DNA of 63,479 nt, counting the filler, from Olpidium bornovanus S191 (lineage: Eukaryota; Fungi; Olpidiomycota): NCBI GenBank assembly GCA_017911155.1. It is 32 parts of 32 records of this genome, joined end to end, with 100 filler letters (N's around TTAATTAATTAA, not from the genome) between each part and the next. Parts side by side here need not be neighbours in the genome. Positions count along the whole stretch, not along the records: positions 45,252 to 48,226 come from JAEFCI010008968.1; positions 48,327 to 49,618 come from JAEFCI010013321.1; positions 49,719 to 50,756 come from JAEFCI010007209.1; positions 50,857 to 52,131 come from JAEFCI010012953.1; positions 52,232 to 54,460 come from JAEFCI010007652.1; positions 54,561 to 57,986 come from JAEFCI010000685.1; positions 58,087 to 59,974 come from JAEFCI010005140.1; positions 60,075 to 62,066 come from JAEFCI010008099.1; 24 more parts are not named here. One strand, written 5' to 3'. How positions within the stretch are numbered: position 1 is the stretch's first letter; each line of letters opens with the position of its first letter. The translations under genes and the position numbers were made by a program. Below are positions 47,629-60,109 of the stretch, piece after piece. The notes under the pieces were generated by a model. It saw nothing but the letters and a program-made list of their open reading frames with translations, was not told where the DNA came from and searched no databases.

Positions 47629-49154
47629 TATTTCGTGTATTGTGTCGATGTGGGTCCGACGGGTTCGGCGGGAAGCGGGTTGCAGAATTCCCGTGAGAAA
47701 TTATTCCCGAACCGTTTAGGTTATTATGGGGCGACAGCAGTTTTTTTTCGCTTTTGGCGTCACGCCCGTGACTGTAGCGTCACGTCACGTGACCGTAACC
47801 ATCCCGTACGTAGCGGTTCGGGTCCGCCGCGAAGTCGGCTTACTCCTTCATTATTCGTGAGGTTCAGTACCACAGACCGCCCCCACCCCCTCCCTCCCTC
47901 CCGCACCGCCGCCGTTTTTCACCCAAGCACCGCGCTGCATGTTCCCGGACCGTAAGTGTGATTCCCACCATCATCGCTCTCCCTTCTCAGGAGTCACCAG
48001 AGTACCAGTCTGTGGACTTCTTCGGGCGCTCGGCATTGCCCCCTAAGGAACGACGTTGCTCTTCGTCGGACACGTGCAGGTGGAAGACGCAGAATGCGGT
48101 AGACTGCAGTTCCCTCGCAGGTCACAGGTCTGGCTCTGGCGATTGGCAGTCAATGACATCTTTGGGTACACACCCTCGTGACGGCAGCAAGACTGGCCAT
48201 CTGGCATTGCGGCCACCCAGTTACGANNNNNNNNNNNNNNNNNNNNNNNNNNNNNNNNNNNNNNNNNNNNTTAATTAATTAANNNNNNNNNNNNNNNNNN
48301 NNNNNNNNNNNNNNNNNNNNNNNNNNAGCCTGCGCAGTAGTTAACCAGCGTGGTGGCGCCACAGCCGCAATATCGGCGGATTTCCCACAGTTCTGGAGCC
48401 GCAATACCGGATATTGCGCTCCAGTACGCGGCGCCGTGCGCACCATGCCGCTGTCGGCCTGGAAGGGCCCGACCTCAAGTTAAAGGAGAGAGAAAACAGG
48501 GACAGCGGGGCCTCTTGCTGCAAGGTGTCCGGCGGTGTCGGCTGGCCTCTCCCGTCTTCGTTTATGCGCACACCGAGGAGGGCTCGAAGGGACCTCGGAA
48601 GGGAGATTCGAAGAAACCTCTAAAGAGAACTCAGCTCCCGCCGCCTCTCGCATTCCCACCCTTATCGAACCCAAGGAGCTGCCGCCCTCCGCCGTGGGAG
48701 TCGCAGTCGTGAGCCGTCCTCCAGGTAAATGCGCACGGGCGGTATGGCTTTGTATATTTCACTATTTTTCGGTTGCAAGTCGGTGGTGGTGCGGATTATG
48801 TGCGGGTCAGGCTATTATATGGGGGGGGGTGCAAAACGGGGGGAGGGGGGGGGGGCAGCCGAGGGAAGGCACATTGCCCTCCGACATCCCGCCCCCTCCA
48901 CGATCCGAAGCCATGAAGGGTCGGGGATATGTAGGTACCAGTAGGAGGCGTTTCGACAGACATAAAGGAAAAATGGGAGGTAAGCAAGCTAGGGAAGCCA
49001 AATAGCATTCTTCCCTTCCATGCACGATGTCGACTGCCTGCCGTACTTTCGGCGCCTTGTTTGTCGTTTGCCGTGTGCCATGGTGTTCGTCCGGGGGTTC
49101 CGTACCGTGTGTCGTATGCTAGTTCCTGCTGGTTTGACTCCACCTCGCCCAACT

Positions 49155-49420
49155 TCACATCAAGGGGTTGTACACGAGGTCGCGCATCGTCCACGACCAT
49201 CTGCCCCCGTCTTTGGGCTCGTTCGCCTTGGCGGGGTCCAGGTAATGCTGCTCGCTGCGGTTAAAGGGGCCGCTATCTTCCTCGCGGAGCGCCGCCCCGA
49301 GGTCTGTCAGAGGGTGCTGACGTGTACGTTGCTCGGTGAAAGCGTTGACAATACGGCGATGTCGCATGAATTGAGCGCGCTGTGGCGCCGGAAGGTACCC
49401 GCGATACCAGTAGACCAGAA
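49155..49420 (-). CDS. Hypothetical small protein, probable last exon
   Basis: VYWYRGYLPAPQRAQFMRHRRIVNAFTEQR...RWSWTMRDLVYNPLM*. Coding-like but not recognised. Confidence 0.25.
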
Positions 49421-49896
49421 AAGAGAATGCAGCTGCAGCATCGGCCAGACGCCCCGCCCATCCCTAGCCGAGCGAGTCGACGTGGGACTTGTGGGACAGC
49501 ATGAAAATTGTCGACCAGCAGCGGCGTTCCGAGCGCTTCAGCATTTCAAGCTGTTTGCGGTGTCGGGCGATTAATGCTCCGGTGAATTTTGCGCTTGGCG
49601 CATAAGGAGGCCCCCTCCNNNNNNNNNNNNNNNNNNNNNNNNNNNNNNNNNNNNNNNNNNNNTTAATTAATTAANNNNNNNNNNNNNNNNNNNNNNNNNN
49701 NNNNNNNNNNNNNNNNNNCCCCCCCACCCCGCCCCCTTCTCCCTGTCTCCACGCAGGGGGGCCCCCGCCGCCCACCGCCAGGAACCCGTCCTCGTCTCCT
49801 CCCTCCTCCCCACCCAAGTGTCGCGGCGGGGCGGGCGACAGAGAGTGAGAGAGAGAGAGAGAGACCACCGCCGCCACCACCACCAGGCCAACACAC

Positions 49897-50706
49897 ATGG
49901 AGCAGGTCCACGAGCTTCTGGAGGGCCCCAAGGGCTTTCTGAAGGAGAGCACGTACCTGCTGAACCGCTGCGCAAAGCCCGACAGGAACGGTACGCCCGC
50001 CGCCGCCGGTGGAAGGGGGGGTGGGGGGGACGGCTGCCCGTGTCGTGCCGGTCCGCCGCGAACATCACACACCGCGGGCCCGGGGGAGGAGGAGGACAGA
50101 AGACGAGGACGACCACGAGGACGACGACGACGAGGGGTGTGGCCAAGGGACCGACCTAGCACGTGCGGAGAGCAAGAAAGACGCGCAAACGCCCCACCCG
50201 CAGAAGCGGCCGGAAGGGTTTGGCCTGCTTGCCCGGTCGAGGCTAGCCGCTGGCGGACCACGCGCAACACCACCCCCCCCCCCCCCCCCCGGGCCCCACC
50301 CCCCCCCAAAAAAAAAAAAAAAAAAAAAGGGCCTGCCGCAATACGCCGAAGACGGAAGAAGAGCGGTGGTTCCTCTGCCGGCAGTTTTTTTTTTTACGTT
50401 TGGCGGCCGGCTTATTCCGTGGCCCGTTCCTGTCCGGCGCGCGCACACTCCCCTCTCCGTTTCTGCAGAATTCTTCAAGATTGCGGTGACGGTTGGCATG
50501 GGCTTCCTCGTGATGGGATTCATCGGCTTTTTTGTCAAGGTGGGCTCGCCCGGCCCCCTTATGCCCCGCCCCCGGCGCCGAACCGTAGCCGCGCGGCGCT
50601 AGGACTTGGCTTGTACTCCCAAAGCGCTGTCTATTGACAACCATTTTCGAAATCTCGCCTTTTTTTTGTTCCAGCTCATCCACATCCCGATCAACAACAT
50701 CATCGT
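49897..50706 (+). CDS. SSS1: Sec61 gamma subunit (exons 49897-49990, 50469-50539, 50675-50706; last few codons missing)
   Basis: The spliced product is [66 protein letters not shown], with canonical GT-AG introns. Confidence 0.97.
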
Positions 50707-50856
50707 GTGAGTACGGGCTCCGCGGCACTCAACAAGTATAGGCGGAGGCGGGCGGGNNNNNNNNNNNNNNNNNNNNNNNNNNNNNNNNNNNNNNNNNNNN
50801 TTAATTAATTAANNNNNNNNNNNNNNNNNNNNNNNNNNNNNNNNNNNNNNNNNNNN

Positions 50857-52116
50857 CCAAAACTCTGTCCTTCACATCGTCATTTGCGCTATCCTCTTCG
50901 GCATAGCCGCGGTCATGACGCCGGCCCACCACCGCAGGCCTATGCTCGAGTTCCTCGACAGCCTTTCCCAAATCATGTTTAAGGTTACCAACCTTGTCAT
51001 GCTGTTTGCCCCCGTGGCCGTCGCCGCCTCTCTGGCGTTTACAATCTCCAAAGTCGGCATCGCCATCCTTGCGAGCCTCGCGAAGCTCGTCGCCACTCTC
51101 TTCCTCTCGTTGTTCATCTTCGTGACCATCGTTTTCGTGCCGGTCCTCTTCATGTGCCGGATCCCGTTCATGGGCGCTCTGAAAACGTTGCGCAGACCCG
51201 CGTTCATCGGGTTTTGCACCACCAGCTCCGAGGCAGCGTTGCCGCAGGCGATGGAGAACCTCATGCGTTTCGGCGTTCCCAGCCATGTTGTGCGCTTCGT
51301 GCTGCCGACAGGATATAGGTTCGATAAGAGCGGTTTCTTCCCTGGCGGCCTTTGGGCTGTAAAGCTCTTTTGCGCCCCGTTGCTGACTCGCCGCTTTCTT
51401 GCCACAGCTTTAATCTCGACGGAACAACGCTTCACCTTGCGTAAGCCGTCGCGACGTTTTTTCGGACGCCAGTGCCCGTTTTATATTTTATGTCTGCCCG
51501 ACCGACGCTCACTCCACTGCGTAACCTTCTGAACCCGTAGAGTCGCGAGCGTTTTTGCTGCCCAGGCGTCTGGAATGGACATGCCTCTCACTGAACAGCT
51601 GAAGGTACTTGGAGGGTGTTTGCGTGCTTGCAGCGTCAGCGTGTTCCGGAACTGATCAGAAATGCGTCCGTTGGATTTTTCTGCGCTCTAGATGATGTTG
51701 ATGCTCATGCTTACAAGCAAGGGCATCGCGGCGGTCCCGCGAGCATCCTACATGCTGCTGCTGTCGATGGTCGATCCATTCGGAATGGACGTTGCCGCCA
51801 TCAACATCATTCTGGGTGTCGACGCGTTCATGGATATGGCACGGTTAGTAGACGGGCCGAGAAAACCTCTTGCCGGGTGCCGCGTCCTTTGTGCCGTTTG
51901 ATGCTGACAACGCGAGCGTGAACACTCTCTTTCTGTTCCAGAACGGTCGTCAACCTTTGCGGGAACTGCATTGCTGCGATGGCCGTTGCGGTCTGGGAAG
52001 GAGAGATGGACATGGAAGTCGCAAAGGGCATCAAGGCGCCGCCGTCGGACCACTTGTTTGACGACCCCGAGTCTCTGGACGATGAGCGCAAGAAAGAGGC
52101 GCCTCACTACGTTTGA
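50857..52116 (+). CDS. Dicarboxylate/amino acid:cation symporter (DAACS/SDF, GltP/GltT-like), 5'-partial with 4 introns
   Basis: FCTTSSEAALP, FGVP..VV.FVLPTGY|SFNLDG, LMLTSKGIAAVPRAS, ILGVDAFMDMAR|TVVN..GN..A...VA.WEGE, stop at 52116. Confidence 0.92.
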
Positions 52117-52410
52117 GCAGCCGCAGCGGTANNNNNNNNNNNNNNNNNNNNNNNNNNNNNNNNNNNNNNNNNNNNTTAATTAATTAANNNNNNNNNNNNN
52201 NNNNNNNNNNNNNNNNNNNNNNNNNNNNNNNCCATGGTGCACTGCAGGTGTTCTCGTGGGCAGAAGGACGACGTCAATGCTGTGCGTAACTCTGTCCACA
52301 TCTTCCAGTGCTTTGGGTGTCCCCGGGCTATTGTGTGTAGCTTTGCCTGACCACGTACACTTGCCCCTTAAGGTGCTGAGTGGCGAGGGCAGCGGTGTCT
52401 TTCTAGTCGA

Positions 52411-52905
52411 TGTTGGCCGTTATGTCCCATAACCGAAGCCGAATACGTTGCTCTTGCCGAAGCGGTCAAGGAGGTTCTATGGCTGCAAGAACTGCTTGCC
52501 GCACTATGAGGGGTGGAGCGTTGAGCGATCAGGATCACCTGCGACAGTCAAGGCGCACAAGCGATCGCCAGGAGGCCGGTGAACCATCAGAGGACGAAGC
52601 ACATTGCGGTCAGGTGGCACATCGTTCGCGACATCGTCAAGCAAGGGCGAGTCACGGGGGTGGATGGTCGCACGCAGGATATGATCGCTGACGGTTTAAC
52701 CAAGAGCCTGCCTCGGCCGGCCCACGAGAAACACGCTAAGGCGATGGGGCTGGAAGAGGTGGAACAGAACGGCAGTCGGACGCCGTCAAGCCGGAAACTT
52801 CGCGGCGCGGGGGGGTGTTGGCCGTTATGGCCCATAACAGCATAGATAGCTTCCCCCAGTACCGCTCTTCGCCCGTCAACAACCGCACACACAAAATAAA
52901 CAACA
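52411..52905 (+). mobile_element. 495-bp internally deleted Ty1/copia element (LTR start, RNase H fragment, PPT, short 3' LTR) with 5-bp TSD GTCGA
   Basis: GTCGA at 52406-52410 and 52906-52910; TGTTG...CAACA termini; RNase H ITEAEYVAL..A.KE..WL, DSQGA, HQRTKHI.VR.H.VR, MIADGLTKSL with in-frame stops; G-rich PPT before TG at 52816. Confidence 0.9.
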
Positions 52906-53065
52906 GTCGAGTTCTGTTTGGTCTGCGGCGGCTTCCAATTTCCTTTGGAAAATTGAGAGCCTGCCGTTTTGCCAGTAGTATGGTAGTTAGGGATTGCAGC
53001 CGACAGGGTTCTTAGAGACTGTGGCGTCTGGTTTGCGTGGGGGCTTATGTGCGTTGCTAGGTGCT

Positions 53066-53330
53066 TCATACTTGTTGGTGTTTTAAGTCTCCGTAAAGGG
53101 ACTTTCGGACGCGATTATTGCGAAGCTCTTCAATTACGGCTTTGATTTCGTCGTGGTCCGCCTTCCAGCTCCTGAGGAAGTCGTCGCTGCACTTCTCTCC
53201 CATGGCTCCTTCGAAGCGTTGGCGTACGCTTGCAGCTGGGCCGGTTGGCGGCTCTCGTATTTCCTCGTTGTATGCCGGCGTCATCAAGATTTCGTCGGGC
53301 TTCCCCGCTGCGGAGCAGGCCCGGGAGCGC
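53066..53330 (-). CDS. Hypothetical protein exon, divergent from CHL1
   Basis: DEILMTPAYNEEIRE...DDFLRSWKADHDEIKAVIEELRNNRVRKSLYGDLKHQQ followed by a GTATGA donor-like site. Confidence 0.3.
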
Positions 53331-53479
53331 GCACGTGCGCTCGTTCCCCCTCCTTCTTCCGCCCCCGGACCTGCGCTGCGCGGGCGACCCACGGGACACC
53401 CTGCGCGCCGACGTCGCTCGTCCGCCGAGGAGGAGCGCGCGCCGCCCCGACCGCGCAAGCAGAAAAGCACGCCGCGACC

Positions 53480-54400
53480 ATGTTTGCGCAGTCCGCCCCC
53501 TCCGCGAACTCGGGACGCTCCGCGGTCTACACTCCGGCTGCGGCGACGGCCGCACCTGGGCATCCGCTCCTCCGGCCGCCGGCCGATGCTGCGGACTTTT
53601 TGCTCCCGTACGCACCTTATTCGATACAGGTCAACTTCATGAACAACGTCTACGACGTGATCGAGCACGGGAGGATCGGCATATTCGAGTCGCCGACAGG
53701 CACTGTGGGTTGCTGGAAACGAAAGTTGGTCCAAGTGTTACACCAAAGCTGCCCGCTGGTGGCCTGACCTTTGTGGCCGTCGTTTCTTCCGTTCCGCAGG
53801 GGAAGTCCCTCAGTCTAATATGCGGCAGCCTGAAATGGCTGCTGGACGACGGCAGGCGCAACGAACTTGCTGACGGCGTCTTTGCAGAACGCCTCTCTGA
53901 CGACGGTATATCACGGCGTTCCGCCAAAGACGCATTGTCCAATTTTTTTTTTCGTTTCCAAAAAGATACAGCCTTAACGTTTCTTGGCATGGTTGTGTTT
54001 GATCAGAGCCTGACTGGATCCTGGCGCATGAGAGCGAGCGGAAACGGTTGGAAGAGGGCCGCGCTCGAGAGCAAAAGGCGCAGCAGCGCGCTGAACGCGT
54101 CCGCCGTGCCAAGGAGAACGTCTTAAAAAGACCCCTGGCCGCGAAAGAATCTGGACGCGTGGCGAAGAAGGCGGTGTGTACATTTTCGCGAAACACTGTA
54201 ACGCGAAAAAGTGATTTGTCCGCGCAGGCAGGACGAGCGCCTTGGGCTAAATTCGGCTTCCTCAGAGAACAAGGGAGATTTGTTCACAGGATCGAGCTGA
54301 CATGGAAGATTTTATTGTCGACGACTACGACCCGGACGCCATGGAGACTGCAAGTTCCTCTTACATCAGTCTGGGCAACAAGCTGGCCGCGATGTAGGTG
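53480..54400 (+). CDS. CHL1: Chl1/DDX11 Fe-S DNA helicase, N-terminal exons
   Basis: F..PY.PYSIQ..FM..VYDVIE.G.IGIFESPTGT|GKSLSLICGSLKWL; EPDWI; F.VDDYD. Confidence 0.92.
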
Positions 54401-54564
54401 CAAGATCTGCGTGCGACCACCGTCACATAAAGTGCTTGGACTATTAATTCTCAGCAGCGCNNNNNNNNNNNNNNNNNNNNNNNNNNNNNNNNNNNNNNNN
54501 NNNNTTAATTAATTAANNNNNNNNNNNNNNNNNNNNNNNNNNNNNNNNNNNNNNNNNNNNCCCG

Positions 54565-54595
<31 letters not shown>

Positions 54596-55334
54596 TTCTC
54601 CCCCTTCCCCGCGCACTCGCAATCAAGCCCCCGGGGGCGTGCTGGGCGGGGCGGACTGTTGCGGTTGCGGTCGCGGGTCGCGGTCCTGTGCCCCGGCGGA
54701 CTCTGCCTCCCTCTCGTGCGCACACGCACGTCTCTGCCTTCCTCCGTCCTGGCGCACACGGCCCAGGCCTCGCTTGCTCCCCGCGCCCTCCCGCCCCGAC
54801 ACGGATACCCGCTCGAACGACACGACGTCCGCCTTATCCTCCTCCTCCTCCTCCTCCCGTCCGGGAAAAACGGTCGCCCGGCGCGTAAGTGTGCGCGTCG
54901 TCTCTCCGTCCGCCGTGGTGTATCTCTCCTTGCGCACCTCCGCTCTTGCGTCACGCCGCCGGCAAGCCGGCCAGATCGGTTTGGGTTATTTCCGGGTTGC
55001 GCTGCTGCCCCCCCCCCCCCCCCCCCCCCGCCCCCCCCCCCCGCCACGCCGCCCAGGTCGGTTTGGGTTTTTTCCGGGTTGCCCTGCTGCCCCCCCCCCC
55101 TCGCCCGCTGTCCCCCTCCGCCTCCCCCTTTCCCCCTTCCCCCCTCCCCACGTCCCGCCGAGAGACGACCGATCTCAGGGCAAAAAAAAAAAAAAAACTG
55201 AGCGCGGCGAAACCCCCACCCTCCTCTCCGCCCTTGCTTTATGTGCTCGCGCTGCTCCGGTCAGGTCGGTGTTCTGAGCGCACTTGGGGGACGTCATGCT
55301 GCTGTTCGGGTGAGTTCGGCCGACTGCTGATCCA

Positions 55335-57948
55335 GTGCCGCCCCGCCGCGTCTTCCCCACCCCATTCCCCCCCTTCCCTGCTTCTCGCTGCTTTCGACTG
55401 CTTTCTCGGGCGGGTTCGAGGTCCCGACCGAACAGCAGTGGGTTGCACCCTTCCGCGCGGGCGGCGGCACCGGTGTGGTTGCCCTCGAAACCCTGCACCA
55501 TGTTACAGGCACCGGAGCCCTGCGACTCACCAATTCCCCCCCCCCCTCTTCCCGCCGCGGTGTCCACACCGGGACGGAGGGTGCCGCTCGTCGAGAGCCG
55601 GCCCCCCGCCCGGGCGCGCCGGTTGACCCCCACGGCGCCGGCTTGTGCTGACCCCGAGACGGCCTTTGCCTTTGCGGCCGACCGCGTCGTCGTTCCAACT
55701 ACCAAGGGCGGCGACCGACTGCCCGCGATCGTCGCCGGCGTGCCACGGTCCGGTGCGATGCAGGCCCGACTTCGGAAGTTCACCCCAGAAAGAAACTGCG
55801 CACTCCAACTCGCCGCCGTCTCCGACGATCAAATCGGGCAACGGGACGCTGACCTCCCCGATCACTTCCTTGACATTTGATTTCAACTCTAACTTGGCCG
55901 TGGAAATCAGGTTTGCTACCCGCGGGGGGGTGGGTGGAACGGAAGCGTGATTCTTCGTCGTCTATGCTGACTTGTCGACGGCATCTGCTCACGCGACGCT
56001 TCCGCGTTGCCACTTTTTGGGCCCGGTCTGCTATTGCGAATCGTTTGCTTGTTGTTTTCCTTTCCGTCGCACAGCCTGCCGTTCACGACCCCACGCCGCG
56101 GCCTGCTGGACAGCCTGGCTGCCAAGAGGGACCCGTCCTTGTTCGCGATGGATATAGACCCGGATTCCGCCGAGCAATTGGCAGGCGAAGGGGTGACCGA
56201 GGGCTTGGGGGAGTACGCCGCTGACGGAGGGAGCCATGACGGCGGCGACGCCATGGACGTCGACGACGGGTCACCTCTCGGAAGATTGAAGCCCACGTCG
56301 ACGTTATACCAGACCAAGCTCTCCGTTTCGCGCGCGCACATCCCGGCGCCGCACGGTTCGGATGCGATGCACGACGTCGAGCGGCCCGCAGGGTCCAAGA
56401 GGCGAATCTCTAGCCTTAACCATTCCCTGACTCCGAAAGTTTCCGGACGTAATCCGTTTGGGAGGTGCGCCCATTTTACCCCGTTTCTGTTTTTTCCTTC
56501 TTTATCTGTTTTTGCGGAGTCGCGCCGGGCTCTGGTCCGGCCGCGGGCGCAGCTAGATCTGACCAGTTGTTCCGGAGCAGGGCGCTCACTTCCCATTGGT
56601 CTCAGCGGCGACTGACGAGCTTCGTAAGAGAGTCTAATAAATCCAAAGCAGTAGGAATTGACGTCCCTTGTCCCTGTCCCGGCCATGTTTGAAGCGAACC
56701 GCTCCCACGTACATCTCGGCATTGACTGCACCCGACCTGCCCTTCTGCACTCAGCCCACTCCAGTCTTTCCTTCTCACCAGGACCAGCCGATGGCCATGA
56801 CACCGTCCTGGCCGAAACGAGACTGCGCGCTTTTGCCGGCAGACACTCCGACGATGCCCCGGCCGCCGTCCGTCGCCAATGGGAATCCGTCTTCCTCCGC
56901 TCCCGGCGATGAAAGCAATGTTGCGCATCCCTCTGGCGCCGCCGCTGGCCACCACGGCACGTCCCCGTCCGGTGCCGCGCCGCCGAGCAAGTTTAGGCGC
57001 ACCCAATCCATGAACTCGAACGTGTTCTCGTCGCAGCACCGCGTCCAACCACCCATCCGCCACTGTAACAGCCTGCCCGCCTTGCCTACCGACTACCCCG
57101 AGGCTGGCACCGTCCTCCCCTCCATAGAGACCGGGAAAGACGCACTCAAACGGATCTCGCCGAGCACGGTAAGCGGTTGCAGTCGTCATCCGCCGCCGGG
57201 GTTGTCTCCAGCCGCTTACGCTAACTTTACAATAATGAATCCGACAGCTGGTCGATGTGAGTCTGAGGGGCTTCCGTCGTCGGCGCAGAATTGCTCCTCG
57301 TCTCTTTGAACCAATTCAAAAAATTCTTGTCTGCTGCAAAGCTTCTCGACGGACAATACAAAGGAAAATACGATGAATGCTACGTCATAGACTGCCGCTT
57401 CCCATACGAATACGCTGTAAGCCAGCGTTGCCTTATTTCCTGCACAGCGGTTGCAAGCCGGACATTTTCGTACCTTCCTGAGCTTTTTGTTTTTTTTGTG
57501 ACGCGCCATTTCCATTCCATCCGCCGCATTCGCCACCATCACGTCCGCTACCCTGCCCTTTTTGTTTCGGAACATCAGGGCGGCCATATACCGACTGCGG
57601 TGAATGTGAACACGATGGATGCGCTGGAACAGATGTTCGTCACAAAGCCGATAACAGGAAACAGGGTTCTGCTTGTATTCCACTGTGAGTTCTCCTCCCA
57701 GCGCGCCCCTAGAATGTGAGTATCTGTCGGCCCTCCATTCGTACGTTTTCCTGCGGTATCCCGTGTTTTCCTGCGTTGATTACTTTACCACTTCCCCCAA
57801 CCCAATTCTTTAACCACTGTCATCTTACAGGGCGCTTCATCTGCGCAATCAGGACCGGCGCATGAACATGCACAACTATCCGCATCTTCATTACCCGGAG
57901 ATGTACATTCTCAAGGGAGGGTACAAGGACTTCTTCGCGGAATACAAA
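55335..57948 (+). CDS. CDC25: Cdc25/Mih1 M-phase inducer phosphatase (catalytic exons 57060-57948; 5' boundary uncertain)
   Basis: LKRISPST; [10 protein letters not shown]; GGHI..AVN; [15 protein letters not shown]; LR..DR..N...[19 protein letters not shown]. Confidence 0.93.
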
Positions 57949-58087
57949 GTGCGTGAACGCTGAGATTTCTCCGTGCAAGCCTTTGANNNNNNNNNNNNNN
58001 NNNNNNNNNNNNNNNNNNNNNNNNNNNNNNTTAATTAATTAANNNNNNNNNNNNNNNNNNNNNNNNNNNNNNNNNNNNNNNNNNNNC

Positions 58088-58501
58088 ATGGCGTCAAAGA
58101 AGACGCTGGAGATCAACCCGAAGTCTGAAATCGTCAAGGCGCTCAAGGGCCGCATCGCCGCGGACAAGAACGACAAGATGGTTAAAGGTGAGGGGCCCGC
58201 GTCATCCTCCTGTGGTGAGCCTCGGGATCTTCCTTTGTGCGGGCCTGTTTAGCTGACGTCGCGTTCCGCCTCTGTCGCACCAGACCTCACGTGGCTCCTG
58301 TACGAGACGTCTCTGCTGGCCTCGGGATTCAGCCTCGACGATCCGTCGGCGTTTGCAACCCGCATCCACCGGATGGTCAAGCTCGGCCTGTCCATCGATG
58401 AGGACGAAGAGACCATGGCGGATTCGTCTGCCGCCGACGCCGCGGCACCGCCGGCCGCGGATGACGTCCCCGCCGAGTCGAAGATGGAGGAAGTCGACTG
58501 A
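58088..58501 (+). CDS. HSP82: Cytosolic Hsp90, C-terminal exons
   Basis: [11 protein letters not shown]; DKNDK.VK|[35 protein letters not shown]; ends MEEVD*. Confidence 0.98.
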
Positions 58502-60109
58502 AGCGCGCCGGAAAATGAAGTGCCTGCCGTCGTGGCCATGAACAACGACGGTCGCGATCCCCCTCATCTCAGGGCGCCGCACCGCGTCCGCTCTCCAACC
58601 GCCACAGGCCGGTAACGTCCGATACCTCCTCGTTTTCCGCGCCGCCACCCCCCCACCCCCCACCCCCCACCCCCCTCCTCCTCCTCCTTCCCACACCGCT
58701 TCCCTCTGCCGCCCGCCATCGCGCATTATACCGCCACTATTTCGCACCAACACAAGCAAAATATACATTTAATTAGATGGTAAAAATTTTGCGTCCTGTG
58801 TTTTTTAGAAAGTGGATGGTACAAGTGGCGTTCTAGTGGCAGCGCTTTCTGCGTGTTGTGAACCGAAAGAGTACGCTCAGCGGTCACGTGATCAAAGATG
58901 CCAAGGCCGGGAGGGAAGTTCCCCCTGGAGCTCTTCCTCCCGCCGTCAAACGCAAACAACGCAAACAAAGAAGAAGGAAGGGAGAGAGAGAGCCCCTTTT
59001 TCCGCAACACGGCGGCAGAGCAATAATCGACAGTTGCGGTATCTGTGGCGCAGCGGCGTATCAATCTGCACCGGGCAAAACCCGTCGGTACCCGGCAGAT
59101 GCTGTTGGGGGCCCGGTGGTGTTCCGCGCAAACGGAGGCCGTTCCGCCCTCCGCCCCGCCGCCAGGAAGGAAGGTAGGAAGAGAGGAAGGAAACCGAAAG
59201 AAACAGTGGCCCGTGGAGAAAGGAGCGCCAGCCAGCAGGGTCTGCCTACGTCTTTTTTCCGATGTGCACGGGAGGCATCCGCCGGCCGGGTGAGCGCAAG
59301 TTGCAGGACCGCCGGACCAGCCAGGCGGAAGCGGGAACCGAGGCTGTCGGTAGGTCGCTGTCGGCACCAAGATTTGTAGGATTGTCGAATCGCGCGTGGC
59401 CTTCAGTCCACTGACTCCTTAAATGACCCCCAGCAACCTCGACTCCTCATGTCTTCCGGCTCCTACGCCGCCGCCGCTGTTGCCTCTGGACCAAGAAAAC
59501 AAACCCCGACGATTTGGGGTTAGGGCTCCGACGGTCACGAGCGCGAACGGATGGTGACGGGCAGGCGTTTCACACCCCCGATTGGGTCTTCCGGTACATC
59601 CAATGCGAGAGGCGGTTTTTTATAAACTTTCCCAGGCCACAGCGGTGTGTCCTTCTTGGGAGTTTGAATGCAAGCCCAACCAGCACGCAGCCGGCACGGT
59701 GCCCTTCGCAGGCCCACCCGGCCGTCATCGGGGCATCCCGGTATCACGATCTACCCGGCGGCGGCCCGCAACCGCCTCGTCGTTTCGCGGGCTTGCGCGG
59801 CCGGCGAGGTGGACGGGATGCAGGATCCGAAGCTGGCGGAACCCCGGCTTGCAACGCACCTGGCGGCTTCGGCTATGATGCTCACAACGCATCGGCGATT
59901 TTTCGCGTCCGTAGGCGTTGAAGGAGACGCTGGCCGGTCAAAAAGCTTAAGCACCGCACTTTGTCGCAGACATGNNNNNNNNNNNNNNNNNNNNNNNNNN
60001 NNNNNNNNNNNNNNNNNNTTAATTAATTAANNNNNNNNNNNNNNNNNNNNNNNNNNNNNNNNNNNNNNNNNNNNCATGGAACTGCTCCCGGGTGTATCGC
60101 GTGGTCAAA

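Noticed and set aside
50857-52116. Bacterial contamination as the source of the GltP-like transporter
   Set aside because: Conserved motifs are split by four GT-AG introns that restore the frame when removed.
58500-59974. ORFs downstream of HSP90 and in 47635-49000
   Set aside because: No recognisable motifs or consistent exon structure; probably UTR or intergenic sequence, or unrecognisable gene fragments.
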